In this document: positions 9,855 through 17,209 of the stretch, in pieces | Position numbering within the stretch: position 1 is the first letter of the stretch | Layout: the number at the start of each line of letters is the position of its first letter | NCBI GenBank assembly: GCA_036676495.1 | Contig: JAKFCT010000010.1 | Coordinates: 55,939 to 119,938, forward strand | Reading direction: 5' to 3' | Length of the DNA: 64,000 nt | Origin: Candidatus Sericytochromatia bacterium | GTDB taxonomy: Bacteria > Cyanobacteriota > Sericytochromatia > S15B-MN24 > UBA4093 | Program-made: the position numbers and the translations under genes | The notes under the pieces: generated by a model | Databases searched by the model: none | Told to the model about the DNA's origin: nothing | Seen by the model: the letters and a program-made list of their open reading frames with translations, nothing else

Positions 9855-11279
9855 CTAAGAGTTCGTACCGGGGAGCGTTAGAATTTTCATTGGTTCCCTC
9901 ACTTGCCCAGTTTCGTCTACCAGCGAGTAGGGTTCTTTCTTCTTTACCTTGCCTAACACTTCCACAAGCGCCTGAGAGTAGCGCCCATTATGGTTCCCAT
10001 TTAGGCCAACATCAAGATGGTACTTATTATTACCGAATTTAACATCGAAGCCCGTATCTAACTTCACCTGCTTAATCAGCCGATCAACGTGGTACCAGCT
10101 TTTGTATCCTAATTTTTTTCCTACATCGCTGAGAGAGTAAGGATAGAGCAAGGCAATAGCATCGGGGTCGGAAACAGTACCAAACCCTAGCACGTTCATA
10201 AGATTGCTTTCCGTCGATGAGGAGTCAAGAGTCGCAATGTTTACTGAAAGACTTGCGTTTGCCGATTTGTTCTTAACAATATCATAGATATTAGTCATCA
10301 AGTTCCTAAGATAACGAACGTCGATTTGTTTAACTGCTACTGGTTGCGATATGGTCTCGAATAGTGCTCCAAAACTGTCAACCAAAAGGTAGTTTACCCT
10401 AATTGAGCGGCCATCACCAAGATCAATAACTTTCTCACTAGGTGGTCTTTTACTCTGATCAAACGAGCTCTGCCAATCGACAAACCAAATATTTCCGACC
10501 AAGTCGCCTGACTCACCTGGGACCATCTCCGCGATATCAGACAGTATTTCCTTGATATTCATATCTGAAACGGAATATCCCATAATTATTAACGGGAATT
10601 CAATGAAATAGGTCAAGAGTTTTGCAGTGAGATACTTCTTCTTCCTCATGAATTCTTGGTAGTCTTCGTGAGATATCACTAGTGACTCTGGTTCCGAAGC
10701 ACATCCATGAACCTTAAGGATTTCGCCAATTGCCTCAAAAACTGGCTTTCGAATAATTTTCTGACCAATAATAGGATTGAAGAAGGGAAAGACCTTTTCC
10801 ATTAGACCATCGTAATTAGTTGTAATCACAGCATGGGGTTCGACCTTTGACAGAAGTTTGAGTTCGACAGAGGTCGGCGTATCAGTAAGATCAAGATTGA
10901 CCTTCTCGGTCAGGCTAGTAAACAATGACGCAATCTTATGCTTTAGAAAAATACCTTTGGAATAAGTTCCCGTATAAAGGTAGTCAGGGAACAACCCACT
11001 GCCGTGCTGTTCCCAGGCATAGGTCTGGTAACCATCCTCAAGTAATGACGCAACCTTTGGAAGATCGTGGTCGGCCCTTTGCGAATAAAATCCAAACGGC
11101 ATATCAAGCTTAGGGTTCTCTGAAACTAGATACTCCAGCAATTCAGGCCAAGATGGTGCCTGTAGATACCTTTTGGATAGGCCTGCGCCTACAAAGAGAA
11201 TCGGTCGGCAGCCCATCTCTTGAATAACGGATCGCAGATGGAGAAGAGAATCTCTTAAATAGTCGTCATAAATTTTCAT
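9855..11279 (-). CDS. SIR2-like (SIR2_2) domain protein, candidate anti-phage NADase
   Basis: ILFVGAGLS, ITTNYD, LKVHG, IMGYSVSD motifs; AT-rich. Confidence 0.85.
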   Translation of the reverse strand: MKIYDDYLRDSLLHLRSVIQEMGCRPILFVGAGLSKRYLQAPSWPELLEYLVSENPKLDMPFGFYSQRADHDLPKVASLLEDGYQTYAWEQHGSGLFPDYLYTGTYSKGIFLKHKIASLFTSLTEKVNLDLTDTPTSVELKLLSKVEPHAVITTNYDGLMEKVFPFFNPIIGQKIIRKPVFEAIGEILKVHGCASEPESLVISHEDYQEFMRKKKYLTAKLLTYFIEFPLIIMGYSVSDMNIKEILSDIAEMVPGESGDLVGNIWFVDWQSSFDQSKRPPSEKVIDLGDGRSIRVNYLLVDSFGALFETISQPVAVKQIDVRYLRNLMTNIYDIVKNKSANASLSVNIATLDSSSTESNLMNVLGFGTVSDPDAIALLYPYSLSDVGKKLGYKSWYHVDRLIKQVKLDTGFDVKFGNNKYHLDVGLNGNHNGRYSQALVEVLGKVKKKEPYSLVDETGQVREPMKILTLPGTNS

Positions 11280-11470
11280 AACTGCTCCAAAATAATGAAG
11301 ACTTGCTTGCCTTGTACATTCATAGCGCTACGACCTATTTAGGTCAAATGACTGATAGAATTATTGCCTGACGCATGCACCCTAATCTACGGTATCTACT
11401 CGTTTCGCGGCGTTTATGGGTAATTGTCGAACCGACTTGCTCTCCTGGAAAGTCCACGTCTCTCCAAATA

Positions 11471-11577
11471 GAGGCCTTCGACAGCAAAGCAAAACCGGCG
11501 TGATGCAATGTGCATCACGCCGGTTTTGAGTACCCCTTACGGGATAGTCTTCAAACTTACTTAACCATGTTAACCGA
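11471..11577. repeat. att-like junction repeat copy B
   Basis: aaaaccggcgtgatgca-atg-tgcatcacgccggtttt then gagtaccccttacgggat; close match to 13406-13468. Confidence 0.85.
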
Positions 11578-11686
11578 CTTAGAGTCCCTTTGCGATCTCT
11601 AACGTGTAAGCAAATAGCGGGGCAAGGTCACCCTCGATAGTTTGAAAACCTGGATCAAGGCCATAGGAGCTATAATCGAGACATAG

Positions 11687-13276
11687 TTGCCACGTCAAAC
11701 GCCGGATCGGAGGGACGCGTTGTCTGAGGATGTTGAAACCCAAGGCACGACCTGGTGTGAGTGTTGCCGTTCGCCCATGAACGAGGGCATACAGACCGAA
11801 CATGGCTTTGTGTGCTCGGTCCAATGTCTCAACACCGAACGAATCTGCGGTTCCATCCTCGAAAAGGCTCTAACTACCGGTTCGGCCTCCACCGCCATTC
11901 CAGGTTCAGTGAACAACTATGGGGATACCGTGGTCTTCGGTCCCGAACGCGGCCATGGAATTGCGGCAGAGCGAGCCAACCATTTCGTCGACGTTCTTAA
12001 AGGGCGAGACGCCAGTCACGTTGGCGGAGACAATGCCAAGAACGGTCCAGATCGCTTGGTAAACGGTATCAATATCCAAAGTAAGTATTGCCACTCTGGT
12101 TCAAAATGCATTGCCGAATGCTTCGATGAAAAGGGCGCATTTCGCTATCGCAACGTCGATGGCAGCCCAATGCAAATCGAGGTTCCATCGAACTACTACG
12201 AGGATGCTGTTAAAGCTTTAGAGAATCGAATTCGCCGAGGCCAGGTCCCCGGTGTAACCGATCCAGCAAAAGCCAAGGAGATCATTCGAAAGGGCGCGCT
12301 GACCTATCAACAGGCACGGAACGTCGCCAAGTTTTGCACGGTCGAATCACTCACCTACGACGCTATCACGGGGATCCAGGTAGCCGGCACAGCCTGTACG
12401 GTGACGGTTGCCATTTCATTTGCGCACGCCCTGTGGAACGGCGAAGACTGGAACGCCGCCGTCAAGCTTGCGGCTTCGTCAGGGCTCAAGGTCGGTGGCG
12501 CGGCATGGCTTACCAGCATCATTTCCGCTCAGCTAGCCAGAACCGGAGTGGAGGGGGCGATGCGCCCGGCCACCGATTTCATGGTCAAGAAGCTCGGTGC
12601 AAAGACCGCGGCTCAGCTGGCGAATGCCCTGCGGAACGGGAGTACGATTCATGGTGCCGCCGCCATGAATCACCTCTCCAAGGTGTTTCGCGGGAATATA
12701 GTTACCGGGCTAGTGACAACTGTGGTGCTCTCATCTGCGGACATTTCTCGCATGGTTCGAGGCCGGATCTCTGGACTCCAAGCCTTTAAGAACATTACGA
12801 CGACGGCAGTCGGCGTCGCAGGCGGAACTGGAGGATGGATGGCCGGCGCTGCCGCTGGGGCAGCGCTCGGATCGGTGGTTCCCATCATTGGCACAGCGGC
12901 TGGCGGACTGGTGGGCGGATTGTTCGGCGCATTTGCAGGAGGCTCTCTGGGGAGTTCAGGAACCAAGGCCATCCTCGATTGCTTTATTGAAGATGATGCC
13001 AAGCAAATGGCTGAACGCTTCGAATCAGAGTTGGTCCTTCAAGTTGAGGAATTCATGCTCAATGAGGGGGAAATAGCCCGTCTACTTGAGCAAGTGGATA
13101 AGATTGACTTCGGAAAGGAACTTCAGAATATATACGCGTCCAGCAGCCGCAAGGCCTACCTGGTTCATCTTATCAAGCCACTCGTCGTCAGCGTCGTGGC
13201 CGAGCGCGGTTCGATCGCTCTCCCGAACGAAGATCAGCTATTGGATAGCATCAGCGACCTTGTAGAAACCCCCTGA
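11687..13276 (+). CDS. YeeR-like protein (Cys-rich N-terminus, possible nuclease-like core, Gly-rich hydrophobic C-terminal region)
   Basis: GHGIAAERANH..GGDNAKNGPDRLVNG..IQSKYC..PMQIEVP resembles, from recall, the C-terminal part of E. coli CP4-44 YeeR; start uncertain. Confidence 0.65.
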   Translation: MPRQTPDRRDALSEDVETQGTTWCECCRSPMNEGIQTEHGFVCSVQCLNTERICGSILEKALTTGSASTAIPGSVNNYGDTVVFGPERGHGIAAERANHFVDVLKGRDASHVGGDNAKNGPDRLVNGINIQSKYCHSGSKCIAECFDEKGAFRYRNVDGSPMQIEVPSNYYEDAVKALENRIRRGQVPGVTDPAKAKEIIRKGALTYQQARNVAKFCTVESLTYDAITGIQVAGTACTVTVAISFAHALWNGEDWNAAVKLAASSGLKVGGAAWLTSIISAQLARTGVEGAMRPATDFMVKKLGAKTAAQLANALRNGSTIHGAAAMNHLSKVFRGNIVTGLVTTVVLSSADISRMVRGRISGLQAFKNITTTAVGVAGGTGGWMAGAAAGAALGSVVPIIGTAAGGLVGGLFGAFAGGSLGSSGTKAILDCFIEDDAKQMAERFESELVLQVEEFMLNEGEIARLLEQVDKIDFGKELQNIYASSSRKAYLVHLIKPLVVSVVAERGSIALPNEDQLLDSISDLVETP

Positions 13277-13353
13277 CCAATCCTTGCCGAGTGTATTTTC
13301 TCTGATTTTCAGAACGGGCAATGAGTCCTACACTTCACCTGGACGGCCGCGTC

Positions 13354-13391
13354 TGACCTGCCCCCGAAAACTCCTCCAACCCGCATTAGAA
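13354..13391 (+). mobile_element. possible isolated IS3-family (IS407-like) terminal inverted repeat
   Basis: TGACCTGCCCCCG start resembles IS407-group ends; no transposase or partner IR seen. Confidence 0.3.
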
Positions 13392-13415
13392 GCTCTCAAG
13401 CCGATCAGCAAAGTA

Positions 13416-13450
13416 AAACCGACGTGATGCAAGTTGCATCACGTCGGCTT
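13416..13450 (-). terminator. intrinsic terminator of tRNA-Glu (part of repeat copy C)
   Basis: ccgacgtgatgcaa/ttgcatcacgtcgg stem, followed by a T-rich run on the minus strand. Confidence 0.8.
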
Positions 13451-13453
13451 GAG

Positions 13454-13526
13454 TACCCGATACGGGATTCGAACCCGTGTTACCGCCGTGAGAGGGCGGC
13501 GTCCTAGGCCTCTAGACGAATCGGGC
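13454..13526 (-). tRNA. tRNA-Glu (anticodon CUC); CCA not encoded
   Basis: GCCCGATTCGTCTAGAGGCCTAGGACGCCGCC-CTCTCAC-GGCGGTAACACGGGTTCGAATCCCGTATCGGGTA folds as a cloverleaf. Confidence 0.97.
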
Positions 13527-13540
13527 TTGGAACAAGGTTC

Positions 13541-13570
13541 ATCCTAGCATAACGCCTCAAAGAGTGTCAA
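13541..13570 (-). promoter_or_regulatory. sigma70-type promoter of tRNA-Glu
   Basis: TTGACA-N18-TAGGAT with TGn extended -10. Confidence 0.65.
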
Positions 13571-13668
13571 AGAGAAATTAAACCCAATTTAAATCGCGCA
13601 AGACCAAGGGACTGGGTAGGTATATAGAAGATGGTCTCGAGTAATCCCTTCCCGAAAGGAGCCGACCC

Positions 13669-16458
13669 ATGGTGCAAGTGGCGGATGCCGGTGGAACGCG
13701 GCCCGTAAACCCTACGGCCGCAACCATTTCTGCTGCGGCCAACGCTCCGGCTCCTCAGGCGGCCGCAACCCCGGAGGCTGCCGCGCAGCCCCGGATGTCC
13801 AGTGATACCTTCGAAGGTATCCCCGAGACCCTCAAGATCAAGTCCGGGGACACCCTGGGCAGCCTGGTCGCCAAGTACCAGGTGACTTACGACCAGCTCA
13901 AAGAGCTGAACCCCGAAATCTTCAAAGAAGGCACCGACGCCAAGGGCCGCAAGCGCGCAAGCGACGGACACTGGATCTATCCCGGCGACGTCATTCGCCT
14001 GCGGACGGCCTCCGCCCCCAAGCCCGCAACCCCTCCGGCCACGGCTCCCGCCACGACTCCGACGGCCACCGCCACGACCGCCAACGGGAAGGTCGTCGAG
14101 GCCGCCAAGTCCGCCATCAACGAGGCAGCGATCATCCCCTCGACGGCTTCCAACGGCCGCGAGCTCTCCCAGCAGGTCTTGAGCAAGGCCCAGGAGATGC
14201 TCAAGCTGATCCCCGCGAGCGATCCGGCCCGGGGCCAGTTCGAAGGCAAGGTCAGCCGACTCGAGCGGGAATTCAAGGCCATTTACCCGCCTCCCGCCAG
14301 CGCGCAGGAGCGCTTCGACACGGCCAACGAGGGCTTCAACCAGGCCGTCCAGAACTACTACGACGCGTCCGGCAAGGCCGCCCAGGGCGAGTCCCGCGAT
14401 CAGGCGATTCGCTACTTCAGCGAAGCCCGGGACGCCGCCCGTGAGCTGACCTCGGACGATGCCAAGCTGGAAGCCGGCGAGCGGCTCGAAATGATGGAGT
14501 TCGCCCTCACGGACATGGGCGTCAACGCCTCGGCGATCGCCCTGGCCCGCGGCGAGGGAACGGACGCGACTCCGAGCGCCGCCGCCCCCGAGCCGACGTT
14601 CGCCGAGCGCGACAAGAACCAGGACGGCTACCTCTCAGGCAACGAGCTCGATGCGAAGGCCCGCTCCTTCGATGCCGACGGCAACCAGCGCGTCACCCGC
14701 GAAGAGTGGGAGATGGGCCAGATGGCCGAGCGCGAAGTCGAGTGGAAGCGCGAGTTCAAGCAGGCCGACGCCAACCAGGACGGCTGGCTCTCGGGATCCG
14801 AGGCGGCTTCCTTCAGCGCCCACGACGCCAACGGAGACTTCGAGGTCACCGAGCAGGAGTACCTCAACGCCAAGCGCGCCCAGGTGATGAACGGCGTCTA
14901 CGATCAGGACTTCGCCGCGCGGGATAAGAACCAGGACTCCTACCTGTCGGGCAACGAGCTCGACGCAGCGACCCGCGCCTTCGACACCAACATGGACGGT
15001 CGGGTCACCCGCGAGGAGTACATGGCCGCCAAGTCGGGCGCCATGCCGGCGGGAAGCGCTCCCATGACCGCGACGCCCGTCGGCCAGATGCCGGGGGCGA
15101 CCGTGCCTGCCGCCGGAATTCCGCAGCCGCAGCCGACGGCTCCCTCCAACCCGCTGGAGGCCTTCGAGGGCGCGAGCGCTCGCTTCAACGACGCGGCGAC
15201 CCGCAACGACGTGCTCACCATGACCACGGCCTACCAGGACGCGGCCTACGCCATCGCCTACATGCCGACCGGCGCCGAGCGTGACACGCTGGCCGCACAA
15301 CTGGAGATCATGGGCTTCACGCTCCAGCAGGCCTACGCCGCCACGGGTACCCCCGTCGCCGCCGGCGGCAGCGTGACCGGCCTGACGGCCCAGCCCCTCA
15401 CCCCCGGCGTGCAGGTTCCTGTCACTCCTGCCGCCATCCCGGGTCAAGCCGGTTACCCGGCCACCGCTTACCAGGCGGCTGGCTACCCGGCAGCGGGCTA
15501 TCCCGCCGGCGCCTATCCTGCCGGTGCCTACCCCGTCCAGCCCGGCGCGCCCATGGCTCCGGCGGCGTATCCGCAGGCCGGTTATCCCGTCACGGCGACG
15601 GGCGTCCCTCAGGCGGCCGTGGTGCCTCCGGCGGCTCCTGCCGCTCCGGCCGAGCCTCCGCGCCAGACCTACACCCAGGTCTGGTCCAGCCCCGACTACC
15701 TTGCCGAGGCCATGGGCTACAACAAGCCGGCTCCCGCGTCGCCCAACGGCAATCAATCGGCGCAAGGCACCACTCCTCCGGGAACTGACGCCACCCAGGG
15801 CACCCAGACTCCGAACGGAGCCAATGGCCAGCCTCCGGTGAACGAACAGGCGGTCCGGGAGATCGATGCCTTCCTCCAGCGCTCGGACGCCAACGCCGTC
15901 CGCGACATGCTGGCCAGCCGCCCCGAGTTGCTCTACGACTCGCTGCCGCGCCAGAAGGCCGCCATGCTTCGCCTGCTGGTCGAGGGACGGACGGATGCGG
16001 GCGATCGCTCCGCCATCGTCAACATCCTCGACATGGCCGCCAAGACCGAGCAAGTGGACACCATGCTCAACGAGCTCGACGGCCTCTACGGCGGTGCCGG
16101 CAAGGGCATCAAGCGCATGTTCGAGGACCTCGACCAGGCCACCAAGGGTGCGGCGCTCAAGGCGATGTTCACCCCCTCGCTCATGCAGTACCGCAAGTAC
16201 GATCCCGCGGCCTTCGACGCGGTGGTCGGCGCCATGACCAAGGACGACATCAAGCTCCTGATGGAGTCCATGGGCTACGGAGTCTCGTCCCCCTGGATGA
16301 GCGTCTTCTCGCCCCAGGCCCGCCAGATGATGATGGACAAGCTGGGCAGCGGCTTCAACCTCTTCGGGCTCTTCGGAGGCACCGAGAAGCAGATGATCGC
16401 GGCCTTGCAGCAATCCGCCGTCGCCTACACCCCGCAGGTCCAGCCCCCGGCCAAGTAA
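13669..16458 (+). CDS. LysM and EF-hand-repeat protein, 929 aa
   Basis: KIKSGDTLGSL..LKELNP..IYPGDVIRL LysM; six DxxxDG-like Ca-binding loops; Pro/Ala/Tyr-rich linker. Confidence 0.8.
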   Translation: MVQVADAGGTRPVNPTAATISAAANAPAPQAAATPEAAAQPRMSSDTFEGIPETLKIKSGDTLGSLVAKYQVTYDQLKELNPEIFKEGTDAKGRKRASDGHWIYPGDVIRLRTASAPKPATPPATAPATTPTATATTANGKVVEAAKSAINEAAIIPSTASNGRELSQQVLSKAQEMLKLIPASDPARGQFEGKVSRLEREFKAIYPPPASAQERFDTANEGFNQAVQNYYDASGKAAQGESRDQAIRYFSEARDAARELTSDDAKLEAGERLEMMEFALTDMGVNASAIALARGEGTDATPSAAAPEPTFAERDKNQDGYLSGNELDAKARSFDADGNQRVTREEWEMGQMAEREVEWKREFKQADANQDGWLSGSEAASFSAHDANGDFEVTEQEYLNAKRAQVMNGVYDQDFAARDKNQDSYLSGNELDAATRAFDTNMDGRVTREEYMAAKSGAMPAGSAPMTATPVGQMPGATVPAAGIPQPQPTAPSNPLEAFEGASARFNDAATRNDVLTMTTAYQDAAYAIAYMPTGAERDTLAAQLEIMGFTLQQAYAATGTPVAAGGSVTGLTAQPLTPGVQVPVTPAAIPGQAGYPATAYQAAGYPAAGYPAGAYPAGAYPVQPGAPMAPAAYPQAGYPVTATGVPQAAVVPPAAPAAPAEPPRQTYTQVWSSPDYLAEAMGYNKPAPASPNGNQSAQGTTPPGTDATQGTQTPNGANGQPPVNEQAVREIDAFLQRSDANAVRDMLASRPELLYDSLPRQKAAMLRLLVEGRTDAGDRSAIVNILDMAAKTEQVDTMLNELDGLYGGAGKGIKRMFEDLDQATKGAALKAMFTPSLMQYRKYDPAAFDAVVGAMTKDDIKLLMESMGYGVSSPWMSVFSPQARQMMMDKLGSGFNLFGLFGGTEKQMIAALQQSAVAYTPQVQPPAK

Positions 16459-16475
16459 GGGGTTGTAACAGTCAC

Positions 16476-16499
16476 CGGCCCACCCTCTTGGGTGGGCCG
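16476..16499 (+). terminator. hairpin terminator
   Basis: cggcccaccc-tctt-gggtgggccg after the stop codon. Confidence 0.6.
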
Positions 16500-16549
16500 C
16501 TTGCTTTCGGGTATAGGGGATAGAGAGCCTGATTCGAGGAGGCACGACC

Positions 16550-17209
16550 ATGGCGTTTCTTGCCGCTTGGACCCTGACGGCCGCGCTTGCAAGCAAGCCC
16601 AACCTGGTTTACTCGCTGCCGGCTCCCGTCGTGCGCACCTATCCGGTCTCCGGGCAAAGCCTGGAGGAGCTGCTGGAGGCATGCCGCACGCTGGGCCCCA
16701 GCGACACCGAAGGCCGGAAGTTCCCGGGATTGACCCGCTACGCGTACCGGACGCAGTACCGCTACGACTACAAGGTCGAGGACGGGCTCGCCATCATTCG
16801 CTTGACCGAGCTCGCGGTCGACTGGAGCCACGAGATCACCCTGCCGACCCTGGCCCCGGGCGTCCGCCTCCCGGCCCGCGAGGCCTCCCGCTGGAAACAA
16901 TTCCTCGAGCAGCTCCAGGCGCACGAGGAGGGCCACCTGGGGATCACCGCCGATCCGCGGCTGAAGGATCACTTCGAGGCGATCGCCCACCGCCACCGGG
17001 TCCTCTACAAGCCCGTCGGTCCCTCCGGAGCCGTCACCGCCGAAGGCCTCCAGGAGGTGATCGACCAGGCGATACAACCCGCCATCCAGCGCATCTCCGC
17101 GCAGATCGCGCGACGGAACCGCGAGTTCGACTTCACGACCGAGCACGGGCTCCGGCCGGACGCCCTCGATCGGACCCGCTTCTTCGCCGAGCTCTGGGAC
17201 GGGCTCTAG
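16550..17209 (+). CDS. DUF922-like predicted secreted Zn-dependent protease
   Basis: YPVSGQS N-terminal motif, WKQF..L..HEEGH zincin motif; GAGGAGG RBS. Confidence 0.7.
   Translation: MAFLAAWTLTAALASKPNLVYSLPAPVVRTYPVSGQSLEELLEACRTLGPSDTEGRKFPGLTRYAYRTQYRYDYKVEDGLAIIRLTELAVDWSHEITLPTLAPGVRLPAREASRWKQFLEQLQAHEEGHLGITADPRLKDHFEAIAHRHRVLYKPVGPSGAVTAEGLQEVIDQAIQPAIQRISAQIARRNREFDFTTEHGLRPDALDRTRFFAELWDGL

Larger units (their letters stand above)
6934..13468. mobile_element. tRNA-Glu-anchored genomic island / tandem cassette array with no visible integrase
   Basis: Visibly lower GC than the flanks; abuts the tRNA 3' end; bounded and subdivided by degenerate direct repeats. Confidence 0.7.

Noticed and set aside
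11360-11530. Possible relic of a recombinase C-terminus (GNCRT…IEAFDSK) leading into copy B
   Set aside because: Needs frameshifts and stop codons; the similarity is too short to support without an HMM search.
6934-13468. Junction repeats read as a CRISPR array or classical integron attC sites
   Set aside because: Spacing is kilobases, there are no cas or intI genes, and the units contain a tRNA 3' end rather than RYYYAAC…GTTRRRY ends.
13530-13540. GAAC-AAG-GTTC upstream of tRNA-Glu as a LexA box
   Set aside because: The spacer is 3 nt rather than 4.
15440-15590. (G/A)YP repeats in the LysM protein as a DNA repeat element
   Set aside because: Degenerate at codon third positions; a protein-level low-complexity linker.
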